Shown here piece by piece: positions 9,702 to 19,812 of a stretch of 64,000 nucleotides of DNA. Made by a program: the position numbers and the translations under genes. Origin of the DNA: Vicinamibacteria bacterium (GTDB lineage Bacteria > Acidobacteriota > Vicinamibacteria > Marinacidobacterales > Marinacidobacteraceae); assembly GCA_963422395.1 (NCBI GenBank), contig OY729431.1, forward strand, positions 2,208,001 through 2,272,000, read 5' to 3'. The notes under the pieces are model-generated. The model saw only the letters and a list, made by a program, of their open reading frames with translations. It ran no database searches and was not told the DNA's origin. Position 1 is the stretch's first letter, and each line of letters starts with the position of its first letter.

Positions 9702-10795
9702 CTGCGGCCGGATCCGTCGGAGCGCTGGTCCTCGGCGCTTCCGGATATGTGGGCGGTGAGCTGCTCCGCTGGATCGCCGGACATCCCCGGATACATCTCG
9801 CCGGCGCGGTGTCCGAAAGCCGCAGCGGCTCCGCCATCGCCGCTTCGTTCCCGAACCTCGCTGCCGCCTTCGGCGAGGAGACCTTCGTCGGGCCGGAAGA
9901 GCTCGCCGCCCTCCTGCGGCGCGCTTCCGGCGAAGGGACTCGGCTCGCCGCGTTCTCCGCCGCGCCGCACAAGACCTCGGCACCGCAGGTCATGGCACTC
10001 CTCGAAGCCGCCGGAGCGGCCGCCTCCTCTCTGCCGGTGGTGGACCTTTCCGCCGACTTCCGCCACTCCGACCCCGAGCGGTACCGCGAGATCTACGGCG
10101 TGCCCCACCCCTCGCCCGAGCTGCTGCGGGAGTTCCACTGCGGGCTGCCCGAGCTTTCGAACGATCCGACTCTGGAATCGCTGCCGGGACCTCCGGGGCG
10201 GATCGCCCACCCCGGTTGCTTCGCCACCGCAGTCGCTCTCGCCGCCGCCCCGCTGGTGCGCGGCCGCCTCGTCGAAGCGGAGCTCCACGCCGCCGCGGTC
10301 ACCGGAAGCACCGGATCCGGAAGAAGGCCGAGGGAGACCACCCATCACCCCCTGCGGCACGCGAACCTGTTCGCCTACCAGCCGCTCGCCCACCGGCACG
10401 CGCCCGAAATGGAGGATCTGCTCCGTCCGCCCACGGGTCCGGCGGTGCGGGTGCGATTCGTACCCCACTCGGGGCCCTTCTCGCGGGGAATCCACGCCAC
10501 CGTGTTCGCCAAAAGCCGGTCCACCCTCAGCGACGACGAGCTGGAGGAGCGCTACCGCACCTTCTACGGCGAAGCCCCGCTGGTGCGGACGGTGCCGGTT
10601 CCGCGGCTCAAGGAAGCGGTGGGATCGGCCGCCGCGGTCGTCGGCGCCCGCACCGACGGGGAGACGGTGGCCGCCTTCGCCGCGCTGGACAACCTCGGCA
10701 AGGGAGCGGCGAGCGGCGGCGTCCAGTGGATGAACCGGATGCTCGGCCTCCCCGAGGAAACCGGACTCACCGCCCCGGCCCCGGGCTGGCTCTGA
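9698..10795 (+). CDS. argC: N-acetyl-gamma-glutamyl-phosphate reductase
   Basis: GASGYVGGEL, VDLSADFR, IAHPGCFATA, LDNLGKGAASG; ATGA overlap with argR. Confidence 0.93.
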   Translation: MTAAGSVGALVLGASGYVGGELLRWIAGHPRIHLAGAVSESRSGSAIAASFPNLAAAFGEETFVGPEELAALLRRASGEGTRLAAFSAAPHKTSAPQVMALLEAAGAAASSLPVVDLSADFRHSDPERYREIYGVPHPSPELLREFHCGLPELSNDPTLESLPGPPGRIAHPGCFATAVALAAAPLVRGRLVEAELHAAAVTGSTGSGRRPRETTHHPLRHANLFAYQPLAHRHAPEMEDLLRPPTGPAVRVRFVPHSGPFSRGIHATVFAKSRSTLSDDELEERYRTFYGEAPLVRTVPVPRLKEAVGSAAAVVGARTDGETVAAFAALDNLGKGAASGGVQWMNRMLGLPEETGLTAPAPGWL

Positions 10796-10809
10796 GCGGC
10801 TTCTGCTCC

Positions 10810-11985
10810 ATGCCCAACGAATCCATGCCCAACGAACCGCCGTCCGCCGAATCGCCGTATCTGTTTCCGGTATATGCCCAGCTCCCGCTGGAGATCGCCT
10901 CGGGGGAAGGCGTCACCCTGCGGACCACCGACGGCCGCGAGCTGCTGGATTTCTACGGGGGCCACGCGGTCGCCGGCCTCGGCTATCGGCACCCCGCGAT
11001 CCTCGAACGACTCCAGGCCGCTTCCTCCCGTCTGTTCTTCCAGACGAACGCGGCCCCGAGCGCCGACCGGCGCGAGGCCGCCGCCGCCCTCGTCGGCTTC
11101 GCACCCGACGGCCTCGACCGGGCCTTCTTCGTGAACAGCGGAGCCGAAGCCAACGAAAACGCCCTCCGACTGGCTTTTCGCGCCCGTCCCGGGCGAGACA
11201 CCGTGGTCGCCCTCGCGGGCGGCTTCCACGGCCGGACGGCAGCCGCCGCCGCAGTGACCGACGGGTCGGGGCCGTGGTACGGTTTTCCCGAGCTGCCTTT
11301 CCGGGTCCGAACGGTTTCCCGCGAGGATCCGGCGGCGCTCGCCGCGGCGGTGGATTCGCGGGTGGCGGCGGTCATCATCGAGCCGATCCAGGGAATGGCG
11401 GGAGCGGTGGCGCTCCCGGACGCTTTCCTCCGGACGGCGCGAGCCGCTGCGGACGCTGCCGGTGCGCTGCTGATCTTCGACGAAGTGCAGTGCGGCATGG
11501 GGCGCAGCGGAAAGCCTTTCGCCTGCGAGTGGTCTGGCGTTCGACCCGACCTGCTGACCACCGCCAAGGCGCTCGCCGCCGGCTTCCCCGCGGGCGCCCT
11601 GCTCGCGGGGGAGGAGGTCGCCGGCACGCTCCCGAAAGGCGCGCTCGGGACCACCTTCGGCGGCGCGCCGGTCGCCTGCGCGCTGATCGCGACCGTCATC
11701 CGGGTGATCCGGGAGGACGGCCTCCTCGCGCGCGTCCGCCGACTTTCCCAGCGAATTCGGACCGAAGCCCTCGTCGGGCCGGTCACCGCGGTGCAGGGCC
11801 GCGGATTCCTGATCGGCCTCGTCTGTTCCCGCCCGGCGCGGGAGGTGCGCGACGAACTGCTCCGCCGCGGGATCTTCTCCGGGATCTCGAACGACCCGCA
11901 GGTGTTGCGGCTCATGCCGCCCTTGATCCTCGAAGCCGTCCAGGTGGACGCGCTGGTCGGCGCGCTCTCGCAGATTCCCGGCTGA
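10810..11985 (+). CDS. argD: Acetyl/succinylornithine aminotransferase (class III PLP)
   Basis: NSGAEANE, FHGRT, IEPIQG, FDEVQCGMGRSG, TTAKALAAG; start is 10810 or 10825. Confidence 0.9.
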   Translation: MPNESMPNEPPSAESPYLFPVYAQLPLEIASGEGVTLRTTDGRELLDFYGGHAVAGLGYRHPAILERLQAASSRLFFQTNAAPSADRREAAAALVGFAPDGLDRAFFVNSGAEANENALRLAFRARPGRDTVVALAGGFHGRTAAAAAVTDGSGPWYGFPELPFRVRTVSREDPAALAAAVDSRVAAVIIEPIQGMAGAVALPDAFLRTARAAADAAGALLIFDEVQCGMGRSGKPFACEWSGVRPDLLTTAKALAAGFPAGALLAGEEVAGTLPKGALGTTFGGAPVACALIATVIRVIREDGLLARVRRLSQRIRTEALVGPVTAVQGRGFLIGLVCSRPAREVRDELLRRGIFSGISNDPQVLRLMPPLILEAVQVDALVGALSQIPG

Positions 11986-11988
11986 ACG

Positions 11989-12999
11989 GTGCGTCCGATG
12001 CGGGAATTCCACCGGTTGGAAGCGCTCGGCCCCGACGGAGCCGGTGAGATCGTGGATCTCGCGGCCCGGCTCCGGGTTCACCCGGAGCCCGAGGCGCTCA
12101 CCGGGAGAGTGCTGGCGCTCTTCTTCCTCTCTCCTTCGCTCCGCACCCAGGCCTCGTTCCAGGCAGCGATGGCCCGGCTCGGCGGCGCCAGCTTCGTCAT
12201 CGCTCCCGACCGATCCATCCACCGGCTCGAGTTCGACCCCGCCGCGGTCATGGAGGGCGACGCCGCAGAAAACATCGCCGAAGCCGTCCCGGTCCTCGCG
12301 TCCTACGGCGACGCGTTCGGGGTGCGTGCCTTCGCCGCCGGACGGAATCTCGCCGAGGACCTCGACGACGGGCGCTTCGAGCGGATTCGCGCCCTCTGCC
12401 CCAAGCCGTTCCTCAACCTGGAATCGGCGGCCCGCCACCCCTGCCAGGCGATTTCCGACTGGCGCACCCTGGACGACCTCGAAATCCCTCGCCGCGGCGG
12501 GCGCTTCACCCTTTCCTGGGCCCGGCATCCCCGGCCCCTGCCGCTCGCAGTGCCGGCGGACACGCTGCGAATGGCAGCGATGCGCGGTATGGAAGTCACC
12601 GTACTCCGCCCCGAGGGATTCGGCCTCCCGAACCGCGTGATGGAAGAGGCCCGCCGGCTGGCCGCCGCCTCCGGCGGATCCGTCCGGGAGAGCGAGGACT
12701 TCGGCGAAGCGATGGAAGGCGCCTCCGTGCTCTACGCCAAGTCCTGGGCCTCGACGAAGTACTACGGAGACGCGGAGCGGGAGCTCGCACGGCGCGCCGA
12801 ACTCGCCCACTGGACGGTGGACGAGAGCTGGTTCCGCACTGCCCGCGAGGATTGCCGCTTCCTCCACTGCCTCCCGGTGCGGCGCGGGGTGGTGGTCCAC
12901 CGCGAAGTGCTGGAAGGGCCGCGGAGCGCCGTCGTCCACCAAGCCGAAAACCGCATGTGGACCCAGATGGCGGTGCTCCATCGGATGCTGGCGGCATGA
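11989..12999 (+). CDS. argF: N-acylornithine (acetyl/succinyl) carbamoyltransferase, ArgF' type
   Basis: SLRT, HPCQ, HPRPLPLAV and HCLPVRR (ArgF'-type rather than canonical OTC), QAENRMW. Confidence 0.88.
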   Translation: MRPMREFHRLEALGPDGAGEIVDLAARLRVHPEPEALTGRVLALFFLSPSLRTQASFQAAMARLGGASFVIAPDRSIHRLEFDPAAVMEGDAAENIAEAVPVLASYGDAFGVRAFAAGRNLAEDLDDGRFERIRALCPKPFLNLESAARHPCQAISDWRTLDDLEIPRRGGRFTLSWARHPRPLPLAVPADTLRMAAMRGMEVTVLRPEGFGLPNRVMEEARRLAAASGGSVRESEDFGEAMEGASVLYAKSWASTKYYGDAERELARRAELAHWTVDESWFRTAREDCRFLHCLPVRRGVVVHREVLEGPRSAVVHQAENRMWTQMAVLHRMLAA

Positions 13000-14006
13000 G
13001 CTCCGCCGAAACCGCCGCGGCGGGGTGCGCGCCCGCGAAGGCGCCGGATTCCCCCGAAGAACGGCGAATCCGGATCCGGGCGCTGCGGCATGCCGTCCCC
13101 TATCTGAAGCGATTCCGCGGCAAGGTCTTCGTCATCAAGGTCGGAGGAGCGGTGCTCGCCGCCGGAGAGGGAACCCGCGAGCTCCTCGGCCAGCTGGCCC
13201 TCCTCTTCGAGCTCGGCATCCGGGTTGTCCTCGTCCACGGCGGCGGCCCGCAGTCCACCGAACTGTCCCGAGCCCTCGGGATGCGCGCCCGATTCGTGAG
13301 CGGCCGGCGGGTCACCGACTCGGACGCACTGCGGGTCACCACGATGGTGTTGAACGGGGAGATCAACACCCGCATCCTCGCCGCCTGCCGCGATCTCGAA
13401 GTGCCGGCGGTCGGGATCTCCGGGGTGGACGCGGGGCTCATCCGCGCCCACCGCCGCCCGCCGGTCGAGGTGCGCGAAGGCGCGGCCTCGGAGACCGTGG
13501 ACTACGGCTATGTCGGGGACATCGAAGGAGTGGACAGCGGACTCCTCGAGAAGCTGCTCGGCATCGGCGTGCTGCCGGTGGTGAGCCCGATCTCCGCCGA
13601 CGCCGCGGGGACGCTCCTGAACATCAACGCCGACACCGTGGCTTCCGCCCTCTCCGTGGCGCTCTCGGCGGAGAAGCTGATCCTTCTCGGCGAGGCTCCC
13701 GGACTGCTCTCCGATCCAGACGATCCGGCGAGCGTGGTGTCGTTCCTCGATCTCGCCGAGCTCGAGCGAATGCGCGCCGGCGGGGCGATCCGCGAGGGGA
13801 TGCTCCCGAAGGCAGCCTGTATCCGGAACGCTCTCGAAGGGGGTGTCGCCCGGGCCCATCTGCTGGCCGCGGGAGTCCGGGACAGCCTGCTGCTGGAGAT
13901 CTTCACCCCCGAAGGCTCCGGAACCCTGGTGGTGCCGGACCTGGCGCGGCTCTCGAAAGCCGAGCGGGTCCGGCGCGGCGAAGCCGCTACCGCGAACGGG
14001 TGCTGA
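12996..14006 (+). CDS. argB: Acetylglutamate kinase
   Basis: VIKVGG, VHGGGPQ, GRRVTD, NINADTVA, GMLPK, LLLEIFT. Confidence 0.93.
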   Translation: MSSAETAAAGCAPAKAPDSPEERRIRIRALRHAVPYLKRFRGKVFVIKVGGAVLAAGEGTRELLGQLALLFELGIRVVLVHGGGPQSTELSRALGMRARFVSGRRVTDSDALRVTTMVLNGEINTRILAACRDLEVPAVGISGVDAGLIRAHRRPPVEVREGAASETVDYGYVGDIEGVDSGLLEKLLGIGVLPVVSPISADAAGTLLNINADTVASALSVALSAEKLILLGEAPGLLSDPDDPASVVSFLDLAELERMRAGGAIREGMLPKAACIRNALEGGVARAHLLAAGVRDSLLLEIFTPEGSGTLVVPDLARLSKAERVRRGEAATANGC

Positions 14007-14553
14007 ACTCCGCCTTCGCGGCAGCGATGAAGCGAGGCCACTGGGAGGTCTCCGGATCCTGCCCGGGATCCCAGACTTCGAGGACATCGTCCCACGCTTC
14101 TGCCTCGGGAACCCCCTTCACCAGGGTCCGGTAGAGGTACACGAAGACCGAAACCCGCATGTTGGCGAAACAGTGGACATAGACCCGCCGGTCCTCGTTC
14201 GCCTCCATCACCTCGAAGAACAACGCCAGATCGCGCAGCGACGGCTCCTGCCAGTTCACCGGGATCTGGATGTAGGTCATTCCGGCCTCGGTGACCCGGA
14301 ATCCCTCCTCGAAGTTACGCTCACGGCGCGCCGGGGCGAGATTCACCACCACCTCGAAACCCGCCGCATCCACCGAAGCGATCTCTCGAGTGGTGATCTG
14401 CCCGGAGGTGGCGATCCGGTCCGAGATCTCGACGAAGTTGTGCGCGTCGGACAGGTCCTGCGCCGCCGCCGCCGCTCCGGAGAACGCGAGCGCCGCGGCG
14501 AAGGCCGCCGAGACGGGGAAACGGGACGGGGACCGGAGAGGGAATGAAAACAT
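13987..14553 (-). CDS. Secreted protein-tyrosine-phosphatase-like (DUF442/Blh-type) protein
   Basis: Signal peptide; ATSGQ, VVNLAP, YIQIPV and VHCFANMR (CX5R-like loop). Confidence 0.75.
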   Translation of the reverse strand: MFSFPLRSPSRFPVSAAFAAALAFSGAAAAAQDLSDAHNFVEISDRIATSGQITTREIASVDAAGFEVVVNLAPARRERNFEEGFRVTEAGMTYIQIPVNWQEPSLRDLALFFEVMEANEDRRVYVHCFANMRVSVFVYLYRTLVKGVPEAEAWDDVLEVWDPGQDPETSQWPRFIAAAKAEFSTRSR

Positions 14554-14570
14554 GGCGTCCTCCAGGGGTG

Positions 14571-16313
14571 TCAGCGTTTCCGGGACTCCCCGTCGTGGAC
14601 CGCCGCGCCGCCGTCCGGAGCGCGCCGATCCACTCCCCCCTCGAGGACGCCTTCCTCGGCGAGATGAACGATCACTTCGGCGGCACCCTGCCCCGCGATC
14701 TCGTTCAACCGATGGCCGTATGCCTCGAGGAGGGCGAGGGTGTCCGGGGAGAACTGCTGGCGCTCGTAGTTGATGCGGTCGGGAAGCCACTGGTGGTGGA
14801 CGCGCCCGGCGTCCACCGCTTCCTGGGCGTTCATCCCGTGGTCCACGACATTCAGGATCGTCTGCAGCACCGTGTTGATGATCGTGCGCCCTCCCGGCGT
14901 CCCGGTCACCATGAAGAGCTCGCCGTCCTTCGCGAGGATCGTCGGGCTCATGCTCGACAGCATTCGCTTGCCGCCCTCGGCGAGGTTCGGGTCGGTGCCG
15001 ATCAGGCCTCGCTCGTCGGTGAGTCCGGGGGCGCCGTTGAAATCCCCCATCTCGTTGTTGAGCAGGAACCCGGCTCCCGGCACCACGATCCCCGATCCGT
15101 AGCCGAATTCGAGCGTGTAGGTCAGCGACACCGCATTCCGGTCTTCGTCCACCACCGAGAAATGGGTGGTCTCGCTGCTCTCCGCGGCCCAGTCGAAGCT
15201 CGCAGGCGAGGACACCGAGGCCTGTTCTTCGAGGATCGTGGTGCGGAGTTCGGCCGCGTAGTCCTTCGAGATGAGCCGCCCGATGGGGATGTCTGGGTTG
15301 AAGTCGGGATCTCCCAGGTGCAGCGCGCGGTCCGAATAGGCGCGGCGCATGGCCTCGGCCATCCGGTGGATGTTGGCCGCCGATCCGAACCCGTTCCCGG
15401 TGATGTCGTACCCCTCGAGAATGTTCAGCATCTGCACGAGTACCGTTCCGCCGGAACTCGGCGGCGGCATCGAAAGGATCTCGAAGCCCCGGTACTCGCC
15501 GCGAATCGGTTCCCGCACCACGGCGCGGTACGCCTTCAGATCCTCGAGGGTGATGAGCCCGTCTCCAGCTTCCATCTCCCGGACCAGCAGTTCGGCGGTC
15601 TTCCCTTCGTAGAAGCCGGCGGCGCCGTTTTCGAGAATCCGCTCGAGAGTGGCCGCCAGGTCCGGTTGGCGGAGGATCTCGCCCCCTTCGTAGGGGGTCC
15701 CGTCCTTCGAGAACTGAGCCACCGACGCCGGGTACTCGCTCATCCGGTCGAGCACCCGGGCGAGCGAGGCGGCGAGCCCGTGGGACACCACGAATCCATC
15801 CCGGGCGAGAGCGACCGCCGGACGCACGAGGCGCTCCCATGGCAGACTGCCCTGCTGTTCCCAGGCGAGCAGCAGGCCGGCGACCGTCCCCGGCACCCCG
15901 ACCGCCCGGTGGCTCAGGTGGTGCAGCTCGAAGCTGTACTCGCCGTCCCGGAGCCACATCTCCGGGGTGGCGGCGGCCGGCGCCCGCTCGCGGAAGTCGT
16001 AGGCCAGCGGCTCTCCCCGGCTCGGCCGCCAGACGAGGAAACCGCCGCCGCCGATGTTCCCGGCGGTGGGATGGGTCACTGCCAGCGCGAACGCGGTGGC
16101 GACCGCAGCATCCATCGCATTGCCGCCTTCCCGCAGCACCGCGGCGCCGACCTCGGAAGCGATCCGGTTCTGCGACACCACCATCCCGCGGCGGGCGCGG
16201 ACGGAAACGCTCCTGGCCTCGGCGAGACTCCCGATCCCGGCTGCGAGCAACAGCAGCACGGGGGTCAGCAGCACCAGCAGGCGCTGGATTTCTTTCCTGA
16301 ACGGCAGATGCAT
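14571..16313 (-). CDS. ggt: Gamma-glutamyltransferase
   Basis: GGNAMDAAVAT, DFRERAP, PPPSSGG, ETTHFSVVD cleavage site, LLNNEMGDF, SSMSPT, GTPGG. Confidence 0.95.
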   Translation of the reverse strand: MHLPFRKEIQRLLVLLTPVLLLLAAGIGSLAEARSVSVRARRGMVVSQNRIASEVGAAVLREGGNAMDAAVATAFALAVTHPTAGNIGGGGFLVWRPSRGEPLAYDFRERAPAAATPEMWLRDGEYSFELHHLSHRAVGVPGTVAGLLLAWEQQGSLPWERLVRPAVALARDGFVVSHGLAASLARVLDRMSEYPASVAQFSKDGTPYEGGEILRQPDLAATLERILENGAAGFYEGKTAELLVREMEAGDGLITLEDLKAYRAVVREPIRGEYRGFEILSMPPPSSGGTVLVQMLNILEGYDITGNGFGSAANIHRMAEAMRRAYSDRALHLGDPDFNPDIPIGRLISKDYAAELRTTILEEQASVSSPASFDWAAESSETTHFSVVDEDRNAVSLTYTLEFGYGSGIVVPGAGFLLNNEMGDFNGAPGLTDERGLIGTDPNLAEGGKRMLSSMSPTILAKDGELFMVTGTPGGRTIINTVLQTILNVVDHGMNAQEAVDAGRVHHQWLPDRINYERQQFSPDTLALLEAYGHRLNEIAGQGAAEVIVHLAEEGVLEGGVDRRAPDGGAAVHDGESRKR

Positions 16314-16425
16314 CGGCGACCACCTCGTCCCGGGAACCGGGTCGGTCTCGGTATCGTAACAGTAGGAAATTCCGCCTTCCGACGCCTCCAAGATCATCGA
16401 GACCGCCCGGCTACGATACCTGGCC

Positions 16426-18207
16426 ATGGATCTGAACAGCCCCTTCGGAGCGGGCACCGGAGCGCGTACGGGCGTTCTGGCAGCGCTTTCGCTGGCCCTT
16501 TCCGCCCCGCTCTTCGGACAGGCGGCGGTCCCGGTCGAGGAGTTCCGCCTCGACAACGGCATGCGGTTCCTCGCCGTGGTGCGACCGGAGATGACCACCG
16601 TGTCCGCCGGCTGGGCGGCCCGGGTGGGGTCGGCGAACGAGCACCCGGGCATCACCGGGATGAGCCATTTCTTCGAGCACATGATGTTCAAAGGGACGCC
16701 CACCGTCGGAACCACCGACGCCGAACGCGACCAGGCCATCATCGAAGAGCAGGAGGCGGTCCAGGAGAAGATCCGGGCGATCTACCGGGAGCGGCGGAGC
16801 CAAAGCCGCCTCGGGCTGATCGGCGACCCCTTCGGACAGGAGGACCTTCCGGAAGAACTGCGGGCGCTCCTGGAAGAGTTCGACGGCCTGGTGGAGGAGC
16901 AGCGCGCCCTGATGGTCAAGGACGAGTTCGACCGGATCTACACCGAGGCGGGCTCGACCGGCATGAACGCCTTCACCTCGTACGACCAGACGGTGTACTT
17001 CATCACCGTGCCGCAGAACCGGCTGGAGTTGTGGTTCTGGATGGAATCCGAACGCCTCCGGCGGCCGGTGTTCCGGGAGTTCTATTCGGAGCGCGATGTG
17101 GTGCACGAGGAACGGCGTCTGCGCACCGAATCCACCCCCACCGGTGAATTCGACGAGGCGTTCGACGCCATGTTCTGGCAGTCGCATCCGTATTCCTGGC
17201 CGGTCGTGGGCTGGCCCTCGGACCTTCGCGTCTTCACCCTCGCCGAAGCGCAGGAGTACTACGACACCTACTACGCGCCCGGAAACCTCACCGGTGCTCT
17301 AGTCGGGAACTTCGATCTCGACGAGGCGCGGGCGCTCGCCGAGCGCTATTTCGGGCGCCTCGAGCCCGGACCGGAAGCACCGGATGTGGTCACCCTCGAG
17401 ATGGAGCAGAACGCGGCGAAGCGGCTCGACGCTTCCTGCGACTGCCAGCCCCAGGTAGCGGTCCGCTACCACACCGTGCCCTTCCGACACCGGGATCAAC
17501 ACGCACTCGATGTTCTGGTAGGCCTCCTGAACGGGCGCACCGGCAGGCTCTACCAGAGCATGGTGCTCGGCAGCGAGATCGCGAGTGCGGCGTCGGCCTT
17601 CCAGGACAACCGCAAGTGGGCGGGACTCCTCGAAATCACCGCCGAAGCGAAGGGAGAGACCACCCCCGCCGAACTCGAAGCCGCGATCGAGCGCGAAGTC
17701 CGGCGCCTCGTCGAAGAGCCGATCCCGGCGGAAGAGATCCAGAAGGTCAAGAACCAGGCCTCGGCGGCAGCCTGGGAGCGGCTCGACAGCGGCTTCTTCC
17801 TGCTGCTCCAGCTGCTGGTGTACGACTCGCTCGGAGACTGGAAATACATCAACGAGTGGGCGGAGGCGACGCTCGCAGTGACCGAGGCGGACGTCCAGCG
17901 GGTCGCGGAGAGGTATCTGACACCGAACAACCGCTCCGTCGCGCGGTACACCCGGGTGGAGGGCTCGACCGTCGAGGAAGTCCCCGCCGCGCTGGCCTCG
18001 CTTCCGGCGCCGCTCCAGCGCCAGCTCCTGGCCCAGATCCGCGAGATCCGATCCGCAACAGACCGCGAACAGCTCCAGCAGGCGCTCGCGCAGTTCACGG
18101 ACGCGCGCGGTCAGGCGCCGCCGGAGATGGCAGGCGCATTCGATCACCTGGAGCAGGTGATCCGCGAACGACTCGCAGAACTCGAACCCCCGGAGGACCC
18201 GCGATGA
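16426..18207 (+). CDS. M16 (pitrilysin) family zinc peptidase, catalytic subunit
   Basis: HFFEHMMFKGT (HxxEH), NAFTSYDQTVY, ERDVVHEERR; signal peptide. Confidence 0.92.
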   Translation: MDLNSPFGAGTGARTGVLAALSLALSAPLFGQAAVPVEEFRLDNGMRFLAVVRPEMTTVSAGWAARVGSANEHPGITGMSHFFEHMMFKGTPTVGTTDAERDQAIIEEQEAVQEKIRAIYRERRSQSRLGLIGDPFGQEDLPEELRALLEEFDGLVEEQRALMVKDEFDRIYTEAGSTGMNAFTSYDQTVYFITVPQNRLELWFWMESERLRRPVFREFYSERDVVHEERRLRTESTPTGEFDEAFDAMFWQSHPYSWPVVGWPSDLRVFTLAEAQEYYDTYYAPGNLTGALVGNFDLDEARALAERYFGRLEPGPEAPDVVTLEMEQNAAKRLDASCDCQPQVAVRYHTVPFRHRDQHALDVLVGLLNGRTGRLYQSMVLGSEIASAASAFQDNRKWAGLLEITAEAKGETTPAELEAAIEREVRRLVEEPIPAEEIQKVKNQASAAAWERLDSGFFLLLQLLVYDSLGDWKYINEWAEATLAVTEADVQRVAERYLTPNNRSVARYTRVEGSTVEEVPAALASLPAPLQRQLLAQIREIRSATDREQLQQALAQFTDARGQAPPEMAGAFDHLEQVIRERLAELEPPEDPR

Positions 18208-19727
18208 CCCGCCGCCCGATCCTGCCGGCCCTTTCCTTCGCCGCCTTCGCCGCCCTGTCCTTCGGAGTCTGCCGTCCTGCCGCGGCGCAGGACATCCCCG
18301 ACCGCCCCGAAGAGCTGGTCTTTCCCGACTTCGTCTTCGAGACGCCGCAGGGAGCCGACTACCGCCACGAACTGCCCGGAGGGATCCCGATCATCGTGGT
18401 CGAGGACCACACCCTGCCGCTGATTCGGATCGGGGTGACCCTCCGCATCGGAAACTTCCTCGATCCCCAAGACGGCATCGGACTCTCCTCGATGACGGCG
18501 ACGATGATGCGCGAGGGAGGCGCGGGGGAGCGCAGGCCGAAGGAGCTGGACGAGCGGATCGAATTCCTGGCGGCGCGAATCGGCGTTTCCGCAAGCGACA
18601 CCGAATCCCGCGCTTCGCTCCGCACGATCACTCCGATCTTCGAGGAGAGCCTGGACATCTTCTTCGATGTCCTGCGGCGACCGCAGTTCGACGCCGGGCG
18701 CTTCGAAGTGCGCAGGGAGAACATCCGGGAAATCCTCAAGCAGCGAAACGACGACGCCGACGACCTGCTCGGCCGCGAATGGGACCTGCTCCTCTACGGC
18801 GAGGACCACTACCTCGGCCGCCGGATGACCAGCGCGCACCTCGACCGACTCACCCCCGACGACCTCAGGGAGTTTCACCGACGCTACTGGCGGCCGGAAC
18901 ACATGGTCTGGTCGGTTTCAGGGAATATCGAGACTGCGGAGATCCTGGAGCTGCTTTCGGCGAAACTCGCGGACTGGCCCGGAGCCGGGGAGGACGCGCC
19001 GGCGTTCGCCTGGCCGCCCGAAGGGGTGCCGGCCGGCCCGGCACCGGGCATCTACCACCTGGAAAAGGACATCCCGCAGGGCAAGGTGCGGATCGGCCAC
19101 CTGGCGCCTCGCTGGTCCGACTGGGAAAACCCGGAACGAGCTGCGATCCAGGTGATGGACCACATCCTCGGTGCGAGCGGCTTCACCTCGCGGATCATGC
19201 GGCGGGTGCGCTCCGACGAGGGACTCGCATACGGCGCCGGCGGCCGCTTCGCGTTCAACCCGCTGGGACCGAGCGCCTACTCGATGGGATATCAATCGAA
19301 GAGCCCCACCGTGGCGCTGGCCGCTGCCATCGCGCTCGAAGAAATCCACCGGATGCGCGACGAACCGGTCAGCGCAGAGGAGCTCGCCCTGGCGAAACGG
19401 TCCCTGACCGACAGCTTCCCGCGCCGCTTCGAAAGCGCCGAAGCCCGCGCGAGCATCTTCGCGGGAGACGCATTCCTGGACCGGGACCACGGCTACTGGA
19501 CTCGCTGGCGCGAACAGGTGGAAGCGGTGACCGTCGAGGATGTGACCGCCGCCGCCCGGAAATACCTCCGGCCCGCCGAGATGGTGATGCTGGTGGTAGG
19601 CGTCTTCGCGGACATCGCCCCCGGCGACCCGGAGGGCCGCGCCGCCCTGGCCGACCTGCTGAACGGTGAAATCACCCAGCTCCCCGCCCGCGACCCGCTG
19701 ACCCTCGAACGGGTCCCCGGGCAGTAA
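18204..19727 (+). CDS. M16 family peptidase, non-catalytic partner subunit
   Basis: ATGA overlap with upstream gene; lacks HxxEH; SRIMRRVRSDEGLAYG motif. Confidence 0.88.
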   Translation: MTRRPILPALSFAAFAALSFGVCRPAAAQDIPDRPEELVFPDFVFETPQGADYRHELPGGIPIIVVEDHTLPLIRIGVTLRIGNFLDPQDGIGLSSMTATMMREGGAGERRPKELDERIEFLAARIGVSASDTESRASLRTITPIFEESLDIFFDVLRRPQFDAGRFEVRRENIREILKQRNDDADDLLGREWDLLLYGEDHYLGRRMTSAHLDRLTPDDLREFHRRYWRPEHMVWSVSGNIETAEILELLSAKLADWPGAGEDAPAFAWPPEGVPAGPAPGIYHLEKDIPQGKVRIGHLAPRWSDWENPERAAIQVMDHILGASGFTSRIMRRVRSDEGLAYGAGGRFAFNPLGPSAYSMGYQSKSPTVALAAAIALEEIHRMRDEPVSAEELALAKRSLTDSFPRRFESAEARASIFAGDAFLDRDHGYWTRWREQVEAVTVEDVTAAARKYLRPAEMVMLVVGVFADIAPGDPEGRAALADLLNGEITQLPARDPLTLERVPGQ

Positions 19728-19812
19728 GCAGCCATTGCCTCGCCCAGCCACCGATTTCCTCCTCCGACCTCTGCGCGGTCGCGCTTCGCCGCTGGAAGGT
19801 CGTGTCCCGAAA

